IMG/VR virus record: IMGVR_UViG_3300025437_000009
DNA: 64,000 nucleotides
Reading direction: 5' to 3' (one strand)
Source of the DNA: a virus
Lineage: Duplodnaviria > Caudoviricetes
Below the pieces are notes generated by a model. That model was given only the letters and a program-made list of their open reading frames with translations, was not told where the DNA came from and ran no database searches. The translations under genes and the position numbers were made by a program. Positions 25,492 to 35,008 of this stretch are shown in pieces (the stretch's first letter is position 1; each line of letters starts with the position of its first letter).

Positions 25492-26109
25492 TTAGCCTGT
25501 CGCTGTTGTTCCTAGTATTGTTGGTGTTACGGTAGTACCAACGCCGCCGCCAACTGTTTGAATTGCGTTGTCAAATTTGATATTAATTGCAATTTGAACT
25601 TGATCGTTGCTACTGTAGGCCATATCGCCCCAGTCAACTGAACTTAAGAAGCAACCGTCTAATTCCCATGCTTCAAGAACGTTAACAGTTGTAGCACCGT
25701 TACCGCCATCAAGCATTTCAAATAACAATTGGAATTTGTAGTCAATACCGCTTGGGGCACTTGCTTGTTCTAAGAAGTCATACTGTTTCTGAACCTGTTG
25801 ACCGATTAGAGTAGTAACTGCACCAGTAGCATCATCACGTAGATTGATTGTTGTTTCTTGCCATTCTGGCTTACCTTGCAAGTAGATTTTTGAGTTATAA
25901 ACGTCAAGTGTAATTGGGTTAAAGTTTACGTTTGGACGTTTGATATCTACTACTTGTTTGGTTAGTTCTGTTGTTGCGTTGTTTACACCAAAGTTAATAA
26001 ATGTAGCGCGAAAGCGATACTTTAGTTTTGGCATTAGCAAGCCCTGAGTGGTTGCACTCTGACTGCTATTCAACGGTACTGTAAAATTACTTAAACTTGC
26101 TACTGGCAT
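25492..26109 (-). CDS. gp19: tail tube protein (gp19-like)
   Basis: LLMPKLKYRFR, KPEWQETTINLRDD, WELDGCF..VDWGDMAY; follows the sheath gene. Confidence 0.85.
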   Translation of the reverse strand: MPVASLSNFTVPLNSSQSATTQGLLMPKLKYRFRATFINFGVNNATTELTKQVVDIKRPNVNFNPITLDVYNSKIYLQGKPEWQETTINLRDDATGAVTTLIGQQVQKQYDFLEQASAPSGIDYKFQLLFEMLDGGNGATTVNVLEAWELDGCFLSSVDWGDMAYSSNDQVQIAINIKFDNAIQTVGGGVGTTVTPTILGTTATG

Positions 26110-26137
26110 TTTATTCTCCTATACTCTTATTTATTCA

Positions 26138-29100
26138 TTAACTGGACTGAGTGTTTAACGACTTAATTGTGCCAGGATTATAAATTGCGATTGGAATGTA
26201 GATGAATTCAACATCTTTCATTGGTTCAATAGCAACGTCAACATACAACTGATTATTAGCAATAGTAGCTGGTGTATTGTTGCTAGTATCGCAAATTACT
26301 AAAAAGTCATATAAACCACGGTGTGCTAACACGTTATTAAGAGCATTTTCGATCGATGTTGCAATTGACTTACGTGTAATTGCATCATTAGGTTCAAACA
26401 AGTAACCGTTACTAACGCTAGTAAAGATTGAACGTAAATAGTTCTCTAAACGAACAACGTTAACACGATTCTGTGCTGTTGTATCTAAGCTACGAGTCAA
26501 CTGACCAAATACTACTAGGCCGGCACCGGGTAACTGTGTAATTGGGTTAATTGACAAGTTAAATAGTGCATCACGTAGACCTTGGCTTATGCTGTTGTGT
26601 ACAAACGCACCTGTTGACGCATTGAGATATCCAATGTCACTTAGATTACTTACTAAGCCGCGGTTAACACCAGCAGGTGCAAACCATGGATAACTAACTT
26701 GATCGTTGTACAAGTATGTACGCAATACTGCATGGCTAGCTGGAACAACAATTTGGTTTCCAGATAGATCGTTAGTTAAGCCAGCTGGATAATACAAGGC
26801 CAAGTATGGACTTGAGCTTGCATCGCTTGGTAATCCAGTACCTGTGGTATTGTTTACCCAGTTAGTAATATCAACTGTGTTTGGTCCTAATGTCATTGGT
26901 GTATCACCAATAATAAACGCAGTATCACCGCGGTTGTCATTTAGAGTTAACATGTTAGGAATCAACTCTGGATAGTTAGGAGCACAAATTAAATTAAATT
27001 TGTATGTTGGGCTTAACACATCTAAGTTACTGTCAACAGCTGATTGCATCGCTGCAACAACTAAAGCACGTTGAGCTGCACTACCAGCATACATAACACC
27101 ATTTTCATTTAATCCACTGTCAGACACCCATGCATCTGTAATGGTAGGTGTTGAAGTTGGTAAGTTTTCTGGATTGTTACTTGGGTTTGCTGGTGGGAAA
27201 CTTGTGTTATTGAAATAGTTTTGTACATATTTCTTAACATTGTAACCACTACGACGTGTGTTAAACAACAGAGTACCGCGTGGGTATAAGCGCCAATCTG
27301 GAGCATCTAAATCAATATAGTTGCTGGTCAGTAGTGCTGAGATTGGTGGGAAAACTCCACTGATAGGATCTGTTGTGCCGCTGGTATCCCAACGTGCATC
27401 AGCAAATACAATACCGTTTGATGTTGTGTGATCTGTAGTATTGATTGATACCCAAGTTGTACCGTTGTAACGATATAGACTTGGATAGTTAACTAGATCA
27501 CCGGAGTCTAACCACAAGTCGCCAGCTACTAGTGCAGAACCAGTACTTTGACTTGTTGGAGGTGTTGTTGGAGTAACAATAACACCATTTGGATCTGTAT
27601 TAGCTAGATCGTAACCACGTTGATCTGAAGTTACATTGCGATAACCTTTCCAGCCGCTGTTATTGATCATAATATCAATGTCTGCTGGATTGCTATAGTA
27701 CCAAATTGTACCGGTAGCTGGTTTAACGTATGGTGCTGAGGATTGATAATAAATGTTCTTTGTAATATTTTTAAAATTACTGATAGTAACTTGATTAGTT
27801 ACTGAATTGTAAATCCAACCAGATCCCGAACTGCCAGAAAAGCCTGCAGATGCTAGTGGTGTACCAGATACAATATCAATATTAATTTGTCCACCTAAGG
27901 TGTGACCAATTGAAATAGTTCCATTGTCGTTTAGCTGTGCAGTAACATACGGAACGTTAGCTGCTAAAATAGCACTGACAAAACCAGCAGGTGATACAGC
28001 GGATACTGTAACTGTAGCAGATGCAAGAGTTGAAGTTCCTGGCTGTGATGCATTTATAGTAAAACTACCGCTAATACTCGATGATGGTGTTCCACCTGTA
28101 GCATTAGTTGGTTGATTTGATGCTACTACGTCAAAACGCAACATGTTATAGGTTGTGTCAGCTTGATAGTAAGATGTTACCAATTGACCAACAGTGAGTC
28201 CGGAGCCGCCGCCAGTTGGATCAAATGCGTATATTGCTGAACTAAACGTTGGAAATGGTGGGGCACTTTCTGCTACCCATTGACCTGACGCAGAATTATA
28301 TTGGAAAAATGCTGGATTTAATCCGTTACCAGTAATACTGGTTTTCCACCACACTGATCCAGTTGGGCGTGGTTGTGTGTCTGTTGTCATCCAACTTGGT
28401 TGTGCAGTATAAGGACCATAGAAAAACGATAGTGAATTGGTATATCCAGTTGGATATCCGCATAGTGCTAACGGTGTATTTGTTCCATCAAGGAATAATG
28501 CATTACCGTGTCCATCAGCGGCACTTGTAAGGAAAATCTGTAGATAACCGTTAGGTGCTGCAGCAAATACTCCTGGGATAGCAGCAGTATTAATAGAAGC
28601 AGCAAGTGCCGCTACGGTTGTTGTTGATCCAGTTGTAACTGTATTACCGTTGATACTAAATGTGCTGTTAGCAGGGATAGTAGGATTTAGTACTGTGCCA
28701 GTTCTTGCTGGACTTGAAGTCTGCCAGTCTGGACTACCAACTTCTACCCATTGATTATTTAAACCGCCAGTTGTTACACCACCTGAAGTACTAACAGAAT
28801 TAATACCTGCTTTGTAAAATAATCGTAATGCTGAAGGGGTAGTGCCATCTGGATTAACGCAAACGATTGCGTATTGACCAATTTGTCCAACAGAGTTAAG
28901 TGGGGTTGGAACATTGTTGGTTGTATTAACTGTTACATACTGTACTTGTGCTGGGTCAGTAATATTCAATGGAGCAAGATTTGTAAATGCACCTGTGGCT
29001 TCGTTCCACTGATAGATACCCCATTGTGTATTAGAAACGTCTAACCAATATGTGCCATTTGCAGGAGGATCGATTGGACGTACACTTGTACCAACTAGTT

Positions 29101-29449
29101 GGTTTAGGTCGATATCAGCACGGATAGCAAACAACTGATTGCTCAGTCCTAAAGCACTATAAGCTGCCATCAAACCGTATTCATTGATTTCACTACCATT
29201 AACTGGTGTTCCTGCAGAGCTCAATTGGAACGTTGGTGTGCCCAATTGGGTAATCAAATCACGTTGGCTTGTGAATGATAATAGTTTGCCAGCATTTGCT
29301 GGTAGTGTTCCAGTAGCAGGTGAACCTGAAGGATTAGTTTTGTTCGACGCTGTTGCTAACACTACTAATGGTACAGAACCTACGTTACTGTTTACATATT
29401 GGCTTTGATCATTAATTGTGATCGATACGCCTGGAGATACTAGTGCCAT
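26138..29449 (-). CDS. gp18: contractile tail sheath protein (gp18-like), 1103 aa
   Basis: LVSPGVSI N-terminus; WFAPAGVNRG, INPI, RVNVVRL, FEPND, DFLVICDTSNNTP, VAIEP C-terminus. Confidence 0.93.
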   Translation of the reverse strand: MALVSPGVSITINDQSQYVNSNVGSVPLVVLATASNKTNPSGSPATGTLPANAGKLLSFTSQRDLITQLGTPTFQLSSAGTPVNGSEINEYGLMAAYSALGLSNQLFAIRADIDLNQLVGTSVRPIDPPANGTYWLDVSNTQWGIYQWNEATGAFTNLAPLNITDPAQVQYVTVNTTNNVPTPLNSVGQIGQYAIVCVNPDGTTPSALRLFYKAGINSVSTSGGVTTGGLNNQWVEVGSPDWQTSSPARTGTVLNPTIPANSTFSINGNTVTTGSTTTVAALAASINTAAIPGVFAAAPNGYLQIFLTSAADGHGNALFLDGTNTPLALCGYPTGYTNSLSFFYGPYTAQPSWMTTDTQPRPTGSVWWKTSITGNGLNPAFFQYNSASGQWVAESAPPFPTFSSAIYAFDPTGGGSGLTVGQLVTSYYQADTTYNMLRFDVVASNQPTNATGGTPSSSISGSFTINASQPGTSTLASATVTVSAVSPAGFVSAILAANVPYVTAQLNDNGTISIGHTLGGQINIDIVSGTPLASAGFSGSSGSGWIYNSVTNQVTISNFKNITKNIYYQSSAPYVKPATGTIWYYSNPADIDIMINNSGWKGYRNVTSDQRGYDLANTDPNGVIVTPTTPPTSQSTGSALVAGDLWLDSGDLVNYPSLYRYNGTTWVSINTTDHTTSNGIVFADARWDTSGTTDPISGVFPPISALLTSNYIDLDAPDWRLYPRGTLLFNTRRSGYNVKKYVQNYFNNTSFPPANPSNNPENLPTSTPTITDAWVSDSGLNENGVMYAGSAAQRALVVAAMQSAVDSNLDVLSPTYKFNLICAPNYPELIPNMLTLNDNRGDTAFIIGDTPMTLGPNTVDITNWVNNTTGTGLPSDASSSPYLALYYPAGLTNDLSGNQIVVPASHAVLRTYLYNDQVSYPWFAPAGVNRGLVSNLSDIGYLNASTGAFVHNSISQGLRDALFNLSINPITQLPGAGLVVFGQLTRSLDTTAQNRVNVVRLENYLRSIFTSVSNGYLFEPNDAITRKSIATSIENALNNVLAHRGLYDFLVICDTSNNTPATIANNQLYVDVAIEPMKDVEFIYIPIAIYNPGTIKSLNTQSS

Positions 29450-29552
29450 GGTTTATATCCTTTATATTACATGTTATAGTTATTTATAAGAAAGGTATAA
29501 AATATGGTAGGTTACAGGAGCCTTTGCAAAGGTTTAATTGATTTTTGCATCA

Positions 29553-29558
29553 TAAATA
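29553..29558 (+). promoter_or_regulatory. late promoter core TAAATA
   Basis: TAAATA-6 nt-ATG(29565). Confidence 0.55.
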
Positions 29559-29564
29559 CAGCAT

Positions 29565-29915
29565 ATGATACGACCAATATGTCCTGTATGCTCTGAAAAC
29601 TACGTTGCTATTAATTATAAACGTGGCGGTATGTTACACTATAGAACAAAGTGTGCTGCCTGCATTAGAAAAGGAAAAAAATTAAAGCCGCAGGCTCCTG
29701 CATGGGCTAAGTCGGGATACAAAAAAGCCGAGCGTTGTGAAGTATGTAACTTTAAAGCAAAAATTCCCACCAAACAATTATTTGTATATCATGTGGACGG
29801 GAATCTTAAAAACAACAATTGGCACAATTTAAAAACAATCTGTGCTAATTGTAGAATTGAACTTGCTGTAAGTCGAGTTAGTTGGAAACCGGCTCCTATT
29901 GTACCAGACTTTTAA
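29565..29915 (+). CDS. zinc-ribbon/HNH-like protein, possibly catalytically degenerate
   Basis: CPVC, CAAC, CEVC, YHVDGNLKNN..HNLKTICANCR. Confidence 0.65.
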   Translation: MIRPICPVCSENYVAINYKRGGMLHYRTKCAACIRKGKKLKPQAPAWAKSGYKKAERCEVCNFKAKIPTKQLFVYHVDGNLKNNNWHNLKTICANCRIELAVSRVSWKPAPIVPDF

Positions 29916-30519
29916 TATTAGCGTAGAGTTCTTCGATAGTACCGTTGTTGTCAATTTCATAATCAAATTTTGTACCTACCCACGCAGTTTCGCTGATATG
30001 CACTCCAAGCTCTCTAAGAATTTCGCTAGATGCATTGGGCTGTGGCGGATTGTTATTTGCGGCCAGTGCTACACCATACCAGCTAGGTAATTCGCCGCGT
30101 CGAACCCAAACAATTTTACCGCCAGCATTACGAATACTTTGTATTTCGTTAGGGAAACGGACATCACTGATGACAGTATTATCACTACGACGACTTAGTC
30201 GTGCTTCCAGGGCCGCGATCCAAATGTCGTCGTGGAAGGCTTTACGGCAAACTTCAGTGCCCCAGTACTGTAGTACCCAGCGGGGAGTTAAATTGGGCAT
30301 GTTAAGTCTATTGGCCCACCATGGATCCACTTGTTCACGCCAAGCACGTGCTTCAGGAGTACGACCTTCTAAGAGTTCACGATCCCAACCAAATACTGCG
30401 GCCACAGCATCTTTAAGTGTACCAGCAAAACTATCGCGTCTGTAGCCGTGAAAACCAACTAAGTAGTCGGCAATAGTATCTTTACCTGAACCAATAAATC
30501 CGCATACACCAATGATCAT
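29896..30519 (-). CDS. gp1: deoxynucleoside monophosphate kinase (T4 gp1-like), 207 aa
   Basis: IIGVCGFIGSGKDT, FAGTLK, TPRWVLQYWGTE, ISDVRFPNE; start set at MIIGV. Confidence 0.9.
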   Translation of the reverse strand: MIIGVCGFIGSGKDTIADYLVGFHGYRRDSFAGTLKDAVAAVFGWDRELLEGRTPEARAWREQVDPWWANRLNMPNLTPRWVLQYWGTEVCRKAFHDDIWIAALEARLSRRSDNTVISDVRFPNEIQSIRNAGGKIVWVRRGELPSWYGVALAANNNPPQPNASSEILRELGVHISETAWVGTKFDYEIDNNGTIEELYANIKSLVQ

Positions 30520-30573
30520 AAAAAAGCCCTTTGTAATAAGGGCTATTTTTACATAATTTAAGTAGTTTGTCAA

Positions 30574-31527
30574 CTATCCCATTAACCAAGTCAGTGGTTG
30601 CGATCCGTCAACATACTGTTTTAGATCGTCCTCTAATTTTTCCATTTCAGCTTGTGCTTCAGCTTTTAGTTGGGCTCCATTCAGACTAGTACCACCCTGT
30701 GGTCCCGCAATTTGGCTAAACTTTTCGCGTGCTTCACCTAGGATACGTTTGCAAAAACTGTAGGCATAATCTTGAATCCAGGGAAATGCATAGGTATCGT
30801 TAAGGATTATAGAATCTGGCTTTTGATTAAACATCCAAAGTATAACAGTTTCTTGCTGTGTTAAATCGGGGTTAGCACCTTGCCATGGCATCTTACGAAC
30901 TAGTGTTAGTTTTTTTGTTACTGGGTTAAATGTAAAGTTCATAAAGCCACCAAACATTTTCATAGCTAGTTTTTGATAGTCAACAAACAATTCATAGTTT
31001 GTTAGGCCACCAACACGTCCAGCTACCAACATATACGTGTTTAAGTATCCTGATGAAAATGGCTCAAATTGACTAGCACTAGTACCTGTAGTTGAACCAA
31101 TACCACGACGGAAAATTTGTCGAACGCTCATTACTTCTTTGGGTAGTATATACTCCTGGGTTTCAGGAAGTAATACCATGCTTGCATAGCTTTCTTCTGT
31201 GGAGTTTTGAGCACGTTGACGATATTTGATCAGAGCCTGTGTAACTCCCATTTCGTAGTGTTCTTTATCTAGTTCAACGTCCACAATGCCGTCAGCTAAT
31301 CGTAAACGAATATAGTCGGTGATAGCAGCACGTAGACTATCGTTGGTATTACCAAATGTCCAGTTTGGGTCTTGGACACCGGGGAAGCCTACTCGAGAGT
31401 CGCCAGTAAATTCGATATGGCCAGCACCAGAACCAGTGTTGGCATTAAAAAGGCTTTCTGTGCCTATGTTAAGATTTGCGTCAAACCCAGGATCTTCAAT
31501 GATCGGGCCTGTATAAGGTGTTACCAT
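30574..31527 (-). CDS. gp13: neck protein (gp13-like adaptor)
   Basis: YIRLRLADGIVDVEL, WIQDY...K.ILGEAREKF..I.GP.GG..LNG..LKAEA..E. Confidence 0.85.
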   Translation of the reverse strand: MVTPYTGPIIEDPGFDANLNIGTESLFNANTGSGAGHIEFTGDSRVGFPGVQDPNWTFGNTNDSLRAAITDYIRLRLADGIVDVELDKEHYEMGVTQALIKYRQRAQNSTEESYASMVLLPETQEYILPKEVMSVRQIFRRGIGSTTGTSASQFEPFSSGYLNTYMLVAGRVGGLTNYELFVDYQKLAMKMFGGFMNFTFNPVTKKLTLVRKMPWQGANPDLTQQETVILWMFNQKPDSIILNDTYAFPWIQDYAYSFCKRILGEAREKFSQIAGPQGGTSLNGAQLKAEAQAEMEKLEDDLKQYVDGSQPLTWLMG

Positions 31528-31575
31528 ATATTACTCCGTTATCAAGTATTTATTACTCTGTAACGGAGTTTGGGT

Positions 31576-32757
31576 TTATTGTACCTTTAGTAGAATCACA
31601 TCAGCACTAATACGACCATTGAGTTTTGTTTCAGTTGCTTTGATATTTTCTATAAACTTACGCAGTTCTATCTTAGTAGCACGAGCAAACTCTTTGAGCT
31701 TTTCCTCTGGTTTACGCAAGGTTTTTGTTACACTTTTATGTTCATCGAAGCCGATAATGCCAGTTCCTTTGACGTTTAAGGGTCCTTTTAGACTGTCAGC
31801 TACATACTTGCCTAACTTACGTGTTTTAGTGTTATAGACCCATAGTTCTTGTGCACCAATAATATCTGCAGGATTAACGCTAACCAAGCGTAAAACTTTA
31901 TCTTCTTTGGCATATTTGAGTTTAGCTACTACTTTTTCTTTGCTTACGGATTTTGGGGCACGAATCTTTTTAGTAGCTTTCTTGACGCCACGATATTGAA
32001 TGATATCATTTAAGATCTGATCAATGAATGCCATGATACGTTTAAAGTCTGCGGCCTTATAATGACTGTAGCCTTCTGTAATTTGCTCGTCGACTTTTTC
32101 AAAAGCCAATTTAAGTTCATCAAATCGAACTTGATATACTGCTTCGTACTTACTTAACTGACTCTGTGGAACATTGTTAGCCACAAGAAAATCATAAGGC
32201 TTAAACTGGTACTTAGGATCACAAATGAATGCATCGTAGTGGCCTTCAAGTTCGCCGATTGTTTCTGAGGTTTTTTCATTTAGTCTGTCCTGAATAGTTG
32301 GTACATAGGCTTTGGGTTTTTCTTCAACAACTTCAACAACAATTTCTTCTGCTGACTTGCTGTTAATACTTTCGAGAATGTTTGCATCAATGAATTCAAT
32401 ATGACGTTCTTGTAAGGGCATACCTTGACGATGAGCCATGATAAGTCCACAAGTGGTCATCGATACTGTACGATCCCCGGCACGTTCAAACGCTTTAATC
32501 TCTTCTGCGGTAAAGTCTTTGACTTCCTTCATCCAAGCAACAACGTGCTTCTTTAGATCCTTTTGTGTAAAGAAATAATTGTAATAGTTCAAACTACGAC
32601 GCATGTGATGATCAAACTCTTCAAAAGACATTGTCTTGGCACGCTCAGTATCCCAGACTGGTTCATTGCCTGTGTACTTTTCATCACCAAACAGGGGATT
32701 ACGTGTTGCACGAATCTTTGCTTTGGTTGCCTTGCCATTGATTTTAATATTAGCCAT
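31576..32757 (-). CDS. hypothetical protein, 393 aa
   Basis: Long Lys-rich ORF; no motif recognised. Confidence 0.8.
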   Translation of the reverse strand: MANIKINGKATKAKIRATRNPLFGDEKYTGNEPVWDTERAKTMSFEEFDHHMRRSLNYYNYFFTQKDLKKHVVAWMKEVKDFTAEEIKAFERAGDRTVSMTTCGLIMAHRQGMPLQERHIEFIDANILESINSKSAEEIVVEVVEEKPKAYVPTIQDRLNEKTSETIGELEGHYDAFICDPKYQFKPYDFLVANNVPQSQLSKYEAVYQVRFDELKLAFEKVDEQITEGYSHYKAADFKRIMAFIDQILNDIIQYRGVKKATKKIRAPKSVSKEKVVAKLKYAKEDKVLRLVSVNPADIIGAQELWVYNTKTRKLGKYVADSLKGPLNVKGTGIIGFDEHKSVTKTLRKPEEKLKEFARATKIELRKFIENIKATETKLNGRISADVILLKVQ

Positions 32758-33262
32758 TTTGTCTATCTCTCACTAAAGGTTTGTAGGCATACTTATTACC
32801 ACGAGCATCGTATAATGCATGATGCGGTTTATGGCCAAAGGCGTCAGCCTCTGCCCAATAATAATCTATTGCTTGTTGATCTAGGTTGCCCCATATATTC
32901 ATAGCCCGTATGTTGCTAAACAGTTCTTCTTCTGGAAGTTCTGGAAGTAATTGTAGCATTTTTGCCATTAAATACCAATCGGTATTATAGTCAAAGCAAA
33001 TAGTAACAATATCATCACCATAAAACTTTAACCACTTATTCAGTTTCATCGCAATGCCATAGTAATTATCCACTATGCGTTTTGGATATTCACCTAATAA
33101 AGGGACAACCACTTCACGAACAAAGTCACTGCAACATTCTTGTCTGTACTGCACGCTTTCTGCGTAAAATTCTCGATCATTTTCATCAACCAAACCAATA
33201 GAAATTAAGTCGCACTCTGACTCAGGAAAATCAGTAAATTCGGTATCCAAAAATATCAACAT
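32750..33262 (-). CDS. DEDDh 3'-5' exonuclease (Rv2179c/DUF5051-like)
   Basis: FLDTEFT...LISIGLV...FYAE...HHALYDA. Confidence 0.85.
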   Translation of the reverse strand: MLIFLDTEFTDFPESECDLISIGLVDENDREFYAESVQYRQECCSDFVREVVVPLLGEYPKRIVDNYYGIAMKLNKWLKFYGDDIVTICFDYNTDWYLMAKMLQLLPELPEEELFSNIRAMNIWGNLDQQAIDYYWAEADAFGHKPHHALYDARGNKYAYKPLVRDRQNG

Positions 33263-33275
33263 ACAGTATTATACA

Positions 33276-33545
33276 TTAATTATCATTTGGTGTCAATAAC
33301 GTAGCAAAAGTAAGATGTTGCTCCATTAAGTCCAAACGGGCAATCAAATCTGCTTCAATTTCTTGGTACCGTGCTGTGGGCTTGTTAAGCCTGCGACATT
33401 CGACCAATTCACGATCTAACTGATCCCATAGTGCTCTAGCAGGACGCCATAAACGTCGCATATCCTCACGCATATTAGGGGGGATATCAATAATTTGAAA
33501 AAATATAGTATCTAACCGCTTTTTCAGGTCTTGATTGTGATCCAT
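33276..33545 (-). CDS. hypothetical protein, 89 aa
   Basis: First gene after the sigma70 promoter at 33552-33580. Confidence 0.7.
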   Translation of the reverse strand: MDHNQDLKKRLDTIFFQIIDIPPNMREDMRRLWRPARALWDQLDRELVECRRLNKPTARYQEIEADLIARLDLMEQHLTFATLLTPNDN

Positions 33546-33551
33546 GCTACT

Positions 33552-33580
33552 ATTATACTATTTTGGCAATTAAGGGTCAA
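33552..33580 (-). promoter_or_regulatory. sigma70-type early promoter
   Basis: TTGACC-CTTAATTGCCAAAATAG(17)-TATAAT. Confidence 0.8.
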
Positions 33581-33611
33581 CTGTAGATAAATATGCTAAT
33601 AAGGATATACT

Positions 33612-35000
33612 ATGCCACGTTTAAGCCTTTGGCAAGATGGAAAACATTCAAATGATTACAAATTTATGGATAGACGCATATCCGAAATGTTTACCATCGG
33701 TGGCACTGGTGTCCTGCTCAACAAATATTTAGGTACCAATCCGCAAGGGTTATTTGTTTCAACTAGTGCCGCACAGTCTGGCCCAGACATTGTATTACAA
33801 TTTAGCAATACCAACGGAATTCAAACAGGAATGTTTGTATATGGTACAAACGTTTCTGCTGGCACAACGGTTACTTCGGTCTCTAGCACATCAATCACAT
33901 TAAATTTGCCAACTACAGGAGCAGTTCCGACTAATACCAGCATTGGATTTAGTGTGGATGCTACACAGCCAGCTTACACAAATCAATCGGCTCTAAACAT
34001 ACAAGACTTGTTATGGACAGAAAATCGTGACCGCAAGTATGACTTAGACGTTTACAAAATGCGCGGAATCTATCAACGTGCCGACCAAGACTTTGATCTA
34101 AGTCAATTTGGTCTATTCTTACAAACTGGAACAATCTTTATGGTGTTTCATTTACGTGACATGGTTGACCAGATTGGTCGTAAGTTAATTGCTGGTGACG
34201 TATTAGAATTAGAGCATCTAAAAGACTATGATGCTCTTAATACTGACTTACCGGCTGCATTAAAGAGATACTATGTAGTTGGTGATGCTAGTTTTGCCGC
34301 AGAAGGCTTTTCACCAACTTGGTGGCCACACTTATGGCGTGTCAAACTTAATCCGCTTGTTGATAGTCAAGAGTATAAAGATATTCTTAACAATATCAAA
34401 GCCGGTGATCCAAATGTTACCAATACCCCAGTGGGTCAGGTCCTGAGTACCTATCAACAATATACTAATCTAAACGAATCTATTGTAACACAAGCAGAAT
34501 TTGATATTCCGCTCAGTGGGTACGACACTAGTTCATTCTATACCTTAGGTGTAAACGAAGATGGTAGCCCGCAGGCTAACCCTATAACTGGTGATAACAC
34601 TAGTATCACAGCCGACCAACTTGACCCAACTGCCGATGCTGGTGTAATGAGTCCTACAAGCAAAATTCAAGGTTACTTAACCGGGGATGGCCGAGCACCG
34701 AACGGATTGGTTACTGGTGCTGGTATTGCTTTCCCAACCAATCCAGCCACTGGAGATTACTTCCTGAGATTAGACTACTTACCAAATCGCTTGTTTAGAT
34801 TTGACGGCTCATTCTGGCGTAAGATTGAAGATGCTGTACGTACTGGCCTAACACCAGGTGCTGCAAATAACTTAACCAACCGTGCTAGTTATGTAAATAA
34901 CACAAACACCTACACTGATGCCGCAGGTCAGGTACATAACGAACGTCAAAATTTAAGTCTAGCACTAACACCACGTGCAGACAATTCAGATAACGAATAG
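33612..35000 (+). CDS. gp14: neck/head-closure protein (gp14-like) with insertions
   Basis: DFDLSQFGLF...GDVLEL echoes the gp14 LSKFG...GDLI pattern; precedes the gp15-like gene. Confidence 0.55.
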   Translation: MPRLSLWQDGKHSNDYKFMDRRISEMFTIGGTGVLLNKYLGTNPQGLFVSTSAAQSGPDIVLQFSNTNGIQTGMFVYGTNVSAGTTVTSVSSTSITLNLPTTGAVPTNTSIGFSVDATQPAYTNQSALNIQDLLWTENRDRKYDLDVYKMRGIYQRADQDFDLSQFGLFLQTGTIFMVFHLRDMVDQIGRKLIAGDVLELEHLKDYDALNTDLPAALKRYYVVGDASFAAEGFSPTWWPHLWRVKLNPLVDSQEYKDILNNIKAGDPNVTNTPVGQVLSTYQQYTNLNESIVTQAEFDIPLSGYDTSSFYTLGVNEDGSPQANPITGDNTSITADQLDPTADAGVMSPTSKIQGYLTGDGRAPNGLVTGAGIAFPTNPATGDYFLRLDYLPNRLFRFDGSFWRKIEDAVRTGLTPGAANNLTNRASYVNNTNTYTDAAGQVHNERQNLSLALTPRADNSDNE

Positions 35001-35008
35001 AGAATAAT

